DNA from: a virus
Taxonomy: Duplodnaviria; Caudoviricetes
Strand: one strand, 5' to 3'
Length of the DNA stretch: 54,958 nucleotides
IMG/VR virus record: IMGVR_UViG_3300020214_002535
Location: 1 to 54,958 of that record
Shown here: positions 1-8,745 of the stretch, one piece after another
Numbering within the stretch: position 1 is the stretch's first letter
Layout of the letters: the number at the start of each line of letters is the position of its first letter
The notes under the pieces: generated by a model
The model's input: the letters and a program-made list of their open reading frames with translations, nothing else
The model's database searches: none
Told to the model about the DNA's origin: nothing
Made by a program: the position numbers and the translations under genes

Positions 1-536
1 GGATAATCATTAAAAAACTCAACCTTGATGTGAGACTCATCAATCTCCCATCCTGACTCTGTCACACATCCTAAAACAGCCCCGTGATAACAAGCTATGT
101 TAATCTTGCCCGGCTCTGGTTTGACGTCTTTCCATCCTTCTTCGTCGAACAAAGAATAAACGCACCAATTGTATCCTGGGTGGAACTCATAAACACCGCT
201 TTTCTTGTATAGATGTACTCGAGGATTATTCAATGCCTGTACAATAGGAGATACGGCATCCTGTCTAGATAGATTCGTCAAATTACCATCATGATTGCCT
301 AGAGTTAGATGAACTTGGGCAACCTCAGCCATAGATTCCAACCACCATGTAAGTTGATCAATATATTCAGGAGTGATACCTGTTGTCTTGGTATGAAAGA
401 TATCTCCTCCGACAAAGATATGATCAACTTTGTTTTTCTTGCAATCTTTTATAAAAGCAGAAAATACTTCACGATATTCATCATGTCTACTCAATCCGCG
501 CCAGTGAACGTCGGCGAGGTGTGCTATAATAGCCAT
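1..536 (-). CDS. SbcD/Mre11-family metallophosphoesterase nuclease (T4 gp47-like), 3' end runs off the window
   Basis: Not in the ORF track. Manual translation from ATG at 536 gives MAIIAHLADVHWRG...VGGDIFH...TLGNHDG...CYHG, matching the DxH, GD and GNHD motifs. The frame is open to the window edge. Confidence 0.9.
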   Translation of the reverse strand, partial: MAIIAHLADVHWRGLSRHDEYREVFSAFIKDCKKNKVDHIFVGGDIFHTKTTGITPEYIDQLTWWLESMAEVAQVHLTLGNHDGNLTNLSRQDAVSPIVQALNNPRVHLYKKSGVYEFHPGYNWCVYSLFDEEGWKDVKPEPGKINIACYHGAVLGCVTESGWEIDESHIKVEFFNDY

Positions 537-581
537 TAGTTAATTACAATATACTATGCGAAAGTAATGTTCAATAACTGT

Positions 582-1553
582 TTAAAACCTGAAACTTGAT
601 GAAACAAATTTATCTAATTTTGTCAAAAACCTATCTTCCCAAAATAAAGGTTTTGCAATATTCAATGCATCTTCAAACTCTGCCTTAGACATGTTACCAG
701 GATCTCCCCATGGTCGAACGTCGACAACAACAACATCTACATTATATTCTTGTAGCTTCTTTACGATCTTAGGAGTTTTCTTGTCCCACATGTCACCATC
801 AAGAGCTAAAGCGACTGGAGTGTTATGAAGGAGAATTTTATTAAGAACTTCGTGACGTTCATCAAGGTCGGAGCCCAACAAGGCTGTTGTGTTTTCAGGA
901 CACTTAACAAGGTCGAATGGGCCTTCAACTAAGGTCAGTCTTTTTGACCAGTCAATGTTGATCTCATTGAAGACAATGGGGTTTTTATCGACGTCAGGAT
1001 TATCATACTTAGGTTTTCGATCTTTGTCTATGGCTCGAGCTGCAAAGTAATTCAGCTCTCCGTTGCAATCAAAAGACGGCATAATGACCCTGCGTTTCCA
1101 ACGAACTTCATCCGATATACCAAACTTGAAGTACCAAGTATCACGATCCGTCAATCCTCTAGAATAGACGTATCGCCACGCCGCCTTGACATCAGGATCC
1201 ATATCATTTGCCAATGCCAACAATCGAAAATCTTTTGGTAGCTCAATCTTTTGGTTTTTTTCGATATCTGCAGTTATCAGGCTTGATTTGCCACCATGAC
1301 CTGTTAATTCTCGATATGCGTTGAGGTGTTCCTGCGTTCCGTATTTTCGTAATAGTGGAGCAAGGCTTCGGGCCTTCCATCCGCATACCCAACAGTGAGA
1401 GACGCAGCTGGGCAAAAGAATTGAAAGTTTCTTTTTTTGTGCGTCTAAAGGATTACAAATTGGGCATTTAACATCAAAATTATTATTTTTTGATAATCTT
1501 CCTTTTCCAAAAACTGACTCAATCAGTTTGACTAGGCTCGTTAACGATGCCAT
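582..1553 (-). CDS. DnaG-type DNA primase (Zn finger + TOPRIM)
   Basis: CPIC...CWVC zinc finger; RVIMPSF...FAAR...KYDN; TOPRIM motifs LVEGPFD and ALDGD. Confidence 0.9.
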   Translation of the reverse strand: MASLTSLVKLIESVFGKGRLSKNNNFDVKCPICNPLDAQKKKLSILLPSCVSHCWVCGWKARSLAPLLRKYGTQEHLNAYRELTGHGGKSSLITADIEKNQKIELPKDFRLLALANDMDPDVKAAWRYVYSRGLTDRDTWYFKFGISDEVRWKRRVIMPSFDCNGELNYFAARAIDKDRKPKYDNPDVDKNPIVFNEINIDWSKRLTLVEGPFDLVKCPENTTALLGSDLDERHEVLNKILLHNTPVALALDGDMWDKKTPKIVKKLQEYNVDVVVVDVRPWGDPGNMSKAEFEDALNIAKPLFWEDRFLTKLDKFVSSSFRF

Positions 1554-2535
1554 TTAACGCTTCTTCTCTTTCTCGTCTTTTTCTTTCTGCTCTTTCAAGC
1601 GCTCTAATCTTATTTGATTTAGCGTTTTTTCTTTTTGCTTCTTCTGATTGAGGTTTCCCATATGCAGGGTTTTTTGATCCTAACTTAGCCTGTCTGCATT
1701 TTACAATTTCTTCTTTTTGATCAAGCTTTTCTTTTTTCTTTTTTTCAATAAATTCTAAACGTTTTTTTCTCATTTTTTCTTTTGTTTCTTCGGAGACAAA
1801 ATGGCCCAAGAGTTTTTTTCTAATTTTTTCTTTCATTTCCTCAGAAGGTTTCCACCCATCACGAGATTTTTTTTGTTTTTCTCTGTATTCCTGAGAAGAC
1901 CAATTTTTTTTGGCATCTTCGCTTTTTTTCATTTTTACTTCTGGGTCTGAACAGTGTTCTTTCATTAAATCACTTTTTAATTTTTTAGTTTCAGACCTGT
2001 TTTGTCCTTCGACTCGCGCTTCGTGCGTTACCGAATTTCTTGCAAGCTCTAGCGAACGTAACATATGCTCTTTTCCAGCTTCGGTCGAAATCCAACTTTT
2101 CATTGCTTTGCTTTTTTTATTTTTTGTATTTTCACTATTTTGAATTTTAACTAATTTTTCTCTTTCTTTTTGGTTTGACCATCTAGATTTCATCCTATCT
2201 GACCTTCTTACTTTTTCAACTTTTGAAATTCCGCTTAAACCTTCTCCACCCTTTGTGAAATTACATCCAAAATCTTCATCAGAAACGTGGTATCCTTTAG
2301 CTAAAGTTTTGTATTCCTTTATTAAGTCAATTTCTTTTTTGTTTGCTTCATTTTCATCGTGCGTTTCAAAAACAACGATTCTTTGAATTCCAAATCTTTT
2401 TGAAATCGCAGAGTGTTTTTTATTTCTTTTAAGCTGATCTACTCTTCTTTTAGAGCCTTTACCAACATAAAAGATTCTTGGATTTGTTTCTAAAGTCTTG
2501 TCTACGTAGACGAATTTTTTTGTGATAGTATGCAT
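1519..2535 (-). mobile_element. Free-standing GIY-YIG-type homing endonuclease with NUMOD3-like DNA-binding repeats
   Basis: FVYVD...FYVGKG...R...E...CNFTKGGEG catalytic module, then Lys/Glu-rich repeats (SEEMKEKIR, SEETKEKMR, NPAYGKPQSEEAKRK). Start is 2535 (MHTITKK) or 2553 (ORF track). Confidence 0.8.
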
Positions 2536-3074
2536 GTTGCCCTCGCTACACAATAACTATCAGTTGCGTCTCTAGACCAATCAACTATTTCACCGTTTTT
2601 CTTTGTTGGCCAGGTGATGTGTTTTAGGTCGTGTTCTGCCATGTACTTGAAGACCTGTTCCTTGCCGCTCATCCCGGCGAGCGACGTCCTCTGTATCTTG
2701 ATTCCGCACAACTTTCGAGCCGAGGAAGATGCGATATACTCCGGATCTACCTTGAATATTTCGCGAGAGATATAGGACGTGATGCCGTTGAATCTCATTA
2801 GGGTTGTGATGGTGGTTGCGGAGGACATTCCTGTTCGAAATCCCATCAGGGGTTCCTCAAGAACAACCTTATAGGTTCCTGGATATTTTTTGGAGAGGTT
2901 GTGAAGCTCGAGGGCCGTGAGGTCGGCTTTTTCCCATAAGGTCTTGCATTTTTTAAATTCGATGTGATCCAGGTGAAGAATGTGGGATCCTCGGTCGTCA
3001 GGTTGAATGTCAGGATTGACTATGCAAACCCCTGTCACCGAAGTTGAAACATCTAAACCCAAAATTAATTTCAT
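2502..3074 (-). CDS. RuvC-like Holliday junction resolvase
   Basis: ILGLDVSTSVTG, VVLEEP, KEQV and DATDS match the RNase H/RuvC catalytic D-E-D-D pattern. Confidence 0.82.
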   Translation of the reverse strand: MKLILGLDVSTSVTGVCIVNPDIQPDDRGSHILHLDHIEFKKCKTLWEKADLTALELHNLSKKYPGTYKVVLEEPLMGFRTGMSSATTITTLMRFNGITSYISREIFKVDPEYIASSSARKLCGIKIQRTSLAGMSGKEQVFKYMAEHDLKHITWPTKKNGEIVDWSRDATDSYCVARATCILSQKNSST

Positions 3075-3700
3075 GAATTAAAAACGTTTTGATTAAAGAT
3101 AGAAAGATCTTTTTTTCTTTTTAAAAGAACTGGTTCTCCAGAAATTGGTGTAGATAATTCCCAATTAGAATTTTTAGCTAGAAAATCGTCGACAGCAGGT
3201 TTTACGCCGTGCTTTTCAGTTTCAATTCTTTTGGTTGCGTTTTGCAAAGATTCATAACCTTCTCTTTCAGAATACCACAGGTCTTTTTCAGACCAGCGAC
3301 CGTGATAATCATCAATGATAACGAGACTGTTCTCATGGGTTAAGGAATCCAAATACTCAAGTTCCTTGGATACCGTGTAATAGTTGTGATCGCCGTCTAG
3401 CAGCAAAACATCAAACTTCTTTTTCTCCTCACAAAACTTTGGAAACAAATTAAGGCTGCTATCTTGACAAAGAAACATTTTTTGAGAAGGTATCATGTCT
3501 ATGTTATTTAAAGTTATCAATAATGATTCCTGTAAAAGAATATCAACACCGATGAATTCGAAGTCTTTATGAACTCTAGATAAAAAAATGATGATGGGTA
3601 TCGTCGTAGCACCTTTGCATAATCCTACTTCTAAAACTCTTGGGTTTTTTACCTTAGATAGATAATTCTTGATTCCAGATATGTATCCGTGATATGCCAT
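3071..3700 (-). CDS. Class I SAM-dependent methyltransferase (Methyltransf_24-like)
   Basis: VLEVGLCKG, GVD, FDVLLLDGDHNY, VIIDDY, GVKPAVDDF. Confidence 0.8.
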   Translation of the reverse strand: MAYHGYISGIKNYLSKVKNPRVLEVGLCKGATTIPIIIFLSRVHKDFEFIGVDILLQESLLITLNNIDMIPSQKMFLCQDSSLNLFPKFCEEKKKFDVLLLDGDHNYYTVSKELEYLDSLTHENSLVIIDDYHGRWSEKDLWYSEREGYESLQNATKRIETEKHGVKPAVDDFLAKNSNWELSTPISGEPVLLKRKKDLSIFNQNVFNS

Positions 3701-3740
3701 GGCAAAATATTACCTTCTAAAGTGTTTTGGTAAAATCCTG

Positions 3741-4148
3741 TTAAAGTAGACCCATATCTTTTAATTCTATTTCCGTCAATATTTTATAGTCAACGTCGTG
3801 ATCGTTGCACCATTCTATGGCTGCCTTTATTTTTTTGATCACAGTTGATTGTTGAAGCTTTCTAGAAGGTTTAATCTCTATGACGACTTTCTTTCCATCT
3901 TTATATTCAACTTGAAAATCTGGGTAATACTTTCTTTTCTTTTTAGACTTCTTATTAGAAACGTATTCTATCACAAGCTTTTCATAAGACCATGTTACAA
4001 CATCTGGATTTGAATCTAGATAGACCATGTATTTTGATTCCCATCCTGAACGATACTTGCATTCACCAGCAATTGGAGAAACGTGGACGCCTCTATGATA
4101 ATGACCTTTTCGTTTACGGCGTCTCTTTTTACGAATCTTTTTTGGCAT
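3741..4148 (-). CDS. Head-completion nuclease (T4 gp4 / TnsA N-terminal PD-(D/E)XK family)
   Basis: YRSGWE...LDSNPDV..WSYE...YYPDF...IEIKP...K..AA..WC. Confidence 0.85.
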   Translation of the reverse strand: MPKKIRKKRRRKRKGHYHRGVHVSPIAGECKYRSGWESKYMVYLDSNPDVVTWSYEKLVIEYVSNKKSKKKRKYYPDFQVEYKDGKKVVIEIKPSRKLQQSTVIKKIKAAIEWCNDHDVDYKILTEIELKDMGLL

Positions 4149-4149
4149 G

Positions 4150-6609
4150 TTAAAAATCGTATTTAACCTTGAAGAGTATCTTGTCTGAAAATCTCTTCAT
4201 AATAGGCTGCGCAAGTTGAGTCTTCATGATTACGTTTAAATTATCATCATGAAAATTGATGCCAGTGATGTAAACAAAATTTGGATCTGGCTCATTAGGA
4301 CGATTCGTAGATGGAATATTTTTATAAGAAGGATTTGAAGAAGAATTTAAATAGTTCGTAGGAGCTAAAACGTCAGTTCTTAAAACATGAATATTTTGCT
4401 CACCTTTAAATGACATTTCATATTGATTTTCACCAAAGAAATATAAGTGAGGATTCTTGATAACAACGATACCTTCATTATAAAAAATTGTTCCAACTGA
4501 ATTCCATGTGCAATGAGACGTCAAAGAATCTGCTCGATATAAAGTGCCATTTCCATCATCTTTTATCGTTATGCTAATTGTCCCACCTGAACCTGATAAA
4601 TTAGAATCCGTTATAGAAAAACTTCCTGGCAAAATTCTTATTCCATAAAATAAATTGCTAATATCAAAGAAAACGACTTGATTTGATGAACCGTCTGCCG
4701 TCTTATACGCAGTAGAAAAAACTATATTTTTTTGTGCATTGTAAAAACCTTGAAAAGTCAAATCGATTGAGGACAAGATGACGTCGAAGACAAATGCAAA
4801 TTGGCCGGCAGCGGCGTGTCGAGGTTTTGAAGGTGTAAATCCCGTTATTGATTGCTTGATATATTCATTTTCTTTTTCATCAGTCGTATTTGAATCATTT
4901 CTTAGCGCTATAGTAGCCATATTATTTAAGCTTATAAATCCCTCTAGAGGATTTCCTAAGTCATCTACATATGCTATTTTTTCTGGATTTTCATTTAAAA
5001 CTGAATAACTTAACGATGCAAAATCGTTGATTACTATTGATGATCCGGTTGAAAGCAACTGATAATTGGGATAAAAATTTCCATCATCACAAGGCAAAAT
5101 CATCAAATTTCGTTTTCTAACAGCTGGTTGATCATACAAAATTTGATTTGCTGGTGTTTCTACATTTGGATCTGTGTTAACCAACGTCGCAGACAAAAAC
5201 AACTGCCGCGGCGTATAGTTCGAAGCAAAATCTTTTAAAAAATTTTCAGTATTAATATAATGACCGTCTACTCCGAAAGCCATTGGAACGCTAAACGGTG
5301 TTGTCGTGATTCCATAAGCCGCTATAGCAGGTGTATATACGACTCCATTTTTTCTAGAATTATCTGATTTTAATCCTCTAATAGGCGAATCAAAAGTAAA
5401 AAACGGAGGAACGTAGAAAGCAACGTTTTTTAAATCAGAAATCCCAGTAGAACCAGATGACTCTATATCTTGGTTTGTAGTATAAAATCTTTTTATAGAA
5501 AGATCATGCACTTCTGCTTGAAGTGGATGTCTAAAAGCGAATGAATCAGGAACAACTATGTTATCATCATTAGTAAACTTGTATAATCCTTCATTATGAG
5601 CAGGTATTTTAGCAAAAAATCTTGTCATACTATTATTACCAAGATTGCTTCCTTCGTAATAGTTTCCGATGCATAGACCAGCAGAAAAAGGCGGAGAGGG
5701 TAAAGCGCTAGATGGTATTACAAACGTACCTTTTTCTATTCCGTCGATTACAAATGAACCAGTTCCGTGATTAACCGTATTGGTTCCCCATCTAACGACA
5801 GCATGATGCCAATTGTTCCACTTAAGACAATTGTCATCGGATAAAAAAACAAGGTTTTTTGGATAACTTCCATTTGAAGCTAATGATGGTGAAATATCAG
5901 CACTGTGACTTAGCTGCAATTGCAATCTAAATGCTGTAGGAAGACCATTAACATCTTTTAAAGATCCAGTTACTAAAGACAAAGCGTAGCTAGAAGATAA
6001 ATGAAAAATCGTTCCAGCTTTAAAATGTCCAGTTGAATCAAGGGAATTGTATCTTGGATTAATATGAAAATCTAAGCTAAAAGCACCAGTTAAAAGATAT
6101 CTGTTATCTACGTTTGGGTACAGTAGTGAAGAAGAAGTTGGAACAGTAGAAGAAGAAAAAAAGTTTAAACTATGATAGTTGCAATATCCCCAATGCGCAG
6201 ATGGATAAGCTCCTCGATAATAACTTGAAAGATTATCTTTGACGGCTAGTTTTTTTAAAGTGTCTGTTGTAAATATATTCGGTGGAGTAAATCTAACTAT
6301 CCCTATTTCTGTCTGCTTTTTAAAAGAGATAGAAGCGTCATTAACTCCGGTTAAGTAATTTTGTAGGTTTATGTATTTATTTTTATTATTATCATTTTTT
6401 AAATAATTCCAAGATTTAAATAGAGTAGATTCATTAAACGGTGAATCAGGATTGTCTATCTCAAGAATATCTTTTTCTATCTTAGAATGCCTTGCAAATA
6501 CGAAAATAGATCCAGTTATACCACTTGAGCTAAAGGAATAATATTTCGATGGATTTGTGGCAACCGTTATGGTTTGAAAATCAGATGGATTGACCTTAAA
6601 AATAGACAT
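4150..6609 (-). CDS. Putative virion tail/baseplate protein with LamG-like domain
   Basis: LamG-like NNWHHAVVRW...FVIDG...LCIGN. The C-terminal YITGINFHDDNLNVIMKTQLAQPI...KYDF resembles tail-collar/baseplate proteins and the C-terminus of 6676-7884. Confidence 0.6.
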   Translation of the reverse strand: MSIFKVNPSDFQTITVATNPSKYYSFSSSGITGSIFVFARHSKIEKDILEIDNPDSPFNESTLFKSWNYLKNDNNKNKYINLQNYLTGVNDASISFKKQTEIGIVRFTPPNIFTTDTLKKLAVKDNLSSYYRGAYPSAHWGYCNYHSLNFFSSSTVPTSSSLLYPNVDNRYLLTGAFSLDFHINPRYNSLDSTGHFKAGTIFHLSSSYALSLVTGSLKDVNGLPTAFRLQLQLSHSADISPSLASNGSYPKNLVFLSDDNCLKWNNWHHAVVRWGTNTVNHGTGSFVIDGIEKGTFVIPSSALPSPPFSAGLCIGNYYEGSNLGNNSMTRFFAKIPAHNEGLYKFTNDDNIVVPDSFAFRHPLQAEVHDLSIKRFYTTNQDIESSGSTGISDLKNVAFYVPPFFTFDSPIRGLKSDNSRKNGVVYTPAIAAYGITTTPFSVPMAFGVDGHYINTENFLKDFASNYTPRQLFLSATLVNTDPNVETPANQILYDQPAVRKRNLMILPCDDGNFYPNYQLLSTGSSIVINDFASLSYSVLNENPEKIAYVDDLGNPLEGFISLNNMATIALRNDSNTTDEKENEYIKQSITGFTPSKPRHAAAGQFAFVFDVILSSIDLTFQGFYNAQKNIVFSTAYKTADGSSNQVVFFDISNLFYGIRILPGSFSITDSNLSGSGGTISITIKDDGNGTLYRADSLTSHCTWNSVGTIFYNEGIVVIKNPHLYFFGENQYEMSFKGEQNIHVLRTDVLAPTNYLNSSSNPSYKNIPSTNRPNEPDPNFVYITGINFHDDNLNVIMKTQLAQPIMKRFSDKILFKVKYDF

Positions 6610-6675
6610 TACTTCTCAAGTAATTATACACTAGCAAAGAAACTGACGTCATACCAAAATGAATCAAATATTATT

Positions 6676-7884
6676 TTAGAAGTCTAGTCTAACTCTAAAA
6701 ACTAAATCTCTCTCAGGACTTTTCTCTACAGGTCTGCTTAGTTTTGCAACTGCAAGTAAGTTGTCATTTGCATCATAAAGACCAACGGATGTAATGAAAG
6801 TAAATGTTTGTTGCGTATCTTCACTTCCTGGGTCAATGACAACTATTCTATTTTGTGAATCAGCAAATGTGGGATTCGAAGAGTAGTTAAATTCATCTGC
6901 TTCTGCTCTGCAAGATATTAATGTGCTATTAATGTTTGTGACATTTTGAAATGTAATAGCGGTCAATGGCTCAGAACTAAATCTTGTTGAGCAAATGTGA
7001 TCAATAACATTGTCGATTGATGCTGAAACAATAAAGTCAGGAATAAATTTGGATACTCCTGCTGTTTCTGTTCCGGAACCTCCTAATATTGCTAATCCGC
7101 TTGGGGTCATACCATCTATAACGCCAGAAACGAATTGGCTACCTGAGGTTATCTTTTCTAAATCTAGAACTACGATTCCTCTATCATAAAATATAGTACC
7201 TACGGATCTTGTAGTGTCTGATGCGTCGACTACGTTTCCGATTTGTCCTCCAAACTCTGTATATCTTTGTGTAGAAGAACCGATGTCAGTGTATATCGAC
7301 ATCCCTAATTCAGAAGTCTTCCAAAGATTTTGTATGTCGAGCCCTCCATCATACCTGGCGAGAGATGCAGTCTGGTAAAATCTCATCGCGAATGACTCGC
7401 GCTTAATTTGATCTCTTGAAAATAATCTCTTAAATCCTATGAATAAAGCTGCGTCAATTTTATCATTTGTAGAAGTCGAATCATAAGGACTTATAAATTG
7501 TTCAGAAGCGTCGCCTAAAAGAAGCTGAGAAAATTGTCTATAGTTATCTAGTTTTTCTCTCATCATCAACGTTGAAGATGGGAAAAGTTCTTTTCCTACA
7601 GAGTCAATCCCGGAAAGAGATGAAGATGTGATCGAAGAATTTGCAAATAGTCCAACAGTACAATCAAAAATTTGATTAGCTGTTTGTAGAGTAAAATCTT
7701 GATCGTATACTGTTTGAAACAACGAAGATGTAATTCCAGGTCCTATTCCGCCTGTTACGAAAACTTGATACTTTCTTCTAGATGTAGAACCGCTGATGTC
7801 TTCTTGTATTACATCGATTAATTGATTTAAAAAAGATCTAGCAGTTTGAATATCTCTAGGTTGTAAATTCTTATAAGTTGCCAT
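6676..7884 (-). CDS. Putative virion tail/baseplate structural protein
   Basis: C-terminal EFNYSSNPTF...FITSVGLYDANDNLLAVAKLSRPVEK...VRLDF motif typical of large-phage structural proteins. Confidence 0.65.
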   Translation of the reverse strand: MATYKNLQPRDIQTARSFLNQLIDVIQEDISGSTSRRKYQVFVTGGIGPGITSSLFQTVYDQDFTLQTANQIFDCTVGLFANSSITSSSLSGIDSVGKELFPSSTLMMREKLDNYRQFSQLLLGDASEQFISPYDSTSTNDKIDAALFIGFKRLFSRDQIKRESFAMRFYQTASLARYDGGLDIQNLWKTSELGMSIYTDIGSSTQRYTEFGGQIGNVVDASDTTRSVGTIFYDRGIVVLDLEKITSGSQFVSGVIDGMTPSGLAILGGSGTETAGVSKFIPDFIVSASIDNVIDHICSTRFSSEPLTAITFQNVTNINSTLISCRAEADEFNYSSNPTFADSQNRIVVIDPGSEDTQQTFTFITSVGLYDANDNLLAVAKLSRPVEKSPERDLVFRVRLDF

Positions 7885-7896
7885 TTTTATTCAATT

Positions 7897-7987
7897 TCAA
7901 GTTGTTTGCTTAATGTTTACCAAAAATATCTTTTACTGCTAAATTCAGCAGTTTTGTTTAATATTTACCAAAATATCTTTTACTGCT
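7897..7987. repeat. Imperfect ~43-44 bp direct repeat duplicating the 3' end of the 243-aa gene
   Basis: 7897-7940 tcaagttgtttgcttaatgtttaccaaaaatatcttttactgct vs 7945-7987 tcagcagttttgtttaatatttaccaaaatatcttttactgct. Confidence 0.9.
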
Positions 7988-8676
7988 CCTGATTGCATAC
8001 CAGTAACTCTAACATAAGTCTTAATGGTATGTTTTGAAGTCCCAAGACCATAAACGTCAAACAGCGTCTGACTTAACGACTTTACCGATATGTTAAAAGT
8101 CAATTCCGAACCACCGTTAGCTGATGAAGACGAAGTTCTTGTCAAGATATACATTGCACGCTTTTGATTATCTACATTATTCGGACTAACTCTACCATCA
8201 TTCAAACGTAAAAACAAATCAGGAACATCAATTAAAAATGTTTGATCACGAAGTTCGACATCAATATTCGTCTCATTTAATAAGACTTGAGAAATTGTCA
8301 CGGTTTCAGATGACTTTAACCCACGAGTTCCACCAGTGGTATATAACGTTACAGTATCTCCAGAAACAGAAGATCCACCCGTAAATTCAAATTTTGGAAA
8401 TCTAATTAAGTTTGGGTTTGAAACTGAAATCAGTTTATACTTTTGAGCGTGAGATTGATTCGTTAATGCTTCAAATATAGGAGTATTTTTTTCAATTTTT
8501 TCTTTCCCAACAGAACGTCCATATTTTGAAATGATTCCGTAATTAACTTCATCATCGCCTAAAGCAAATTTAAAAAAGCTAAAAGAACCATCATTTCTAG
8601 ATAAGAGCTGTCTACCAGTATCAGTCAATACAGCATCTAAAATAATATTGTTTGTGCTGTGATCAAGAAATCCCAT
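7945..8676 (-). CDS. Putative virion structural protein (tail-collar-like N-terminal motif)
   Basis: MGFLD...DAVLTDTGRQLL...KFALGDDEVNY; GAGG Shine-Dalgarno upstream; N-terminus paralogous to 16570-17553. Confidence 0.6.
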   Translation of the reverse strand: MGFLDHSTNNIILDAVLTDTGRQLLSRNDGSFSFFKFALGDDEVNYGIISKYGRSVGKEKIEKNTPIFEALTNQSHAQKYKLISVSNPNLIRFPKFEFTGGSSVSGDTVTLYTTGGTRGLKSSETVTISQVLLNETNIDVELRDQTFLIDVPDLFLRLNDGRVSPNNVDNQKRAMYILTRTSSSSANGGSELTFNISVKSLSQTLFDVYGLGTSKHTIKTYVRVTGMQSGAVKDILVNIKQNC

Positions 8677-8745
8677 AAATCCTCATTAAAATCTTACATG
8701 TAATTATCAATAAAGTAAACTTTTTAATCTTTTTATGTCTTTTAT

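Noticed and set aside
309-539. 76-aa plus-strand ORF
   Set aside because: Antisense shadow of the SbcD/Mre11-like gene at <1-536
3741-4148. TnsA of a Tn7-like transposon
   Set aside because: No tnsB/tnsC or terminal repeats; size and context fit a phage gp4-like head-completion nuclease
7897-7987. Repeat pair as a DGR template/variable repeat or CRISPR remnant
   Set aside because: Too short, includes an indel, has only a 4-nt gap, and no reverse transcriptase or cas operon is in the window
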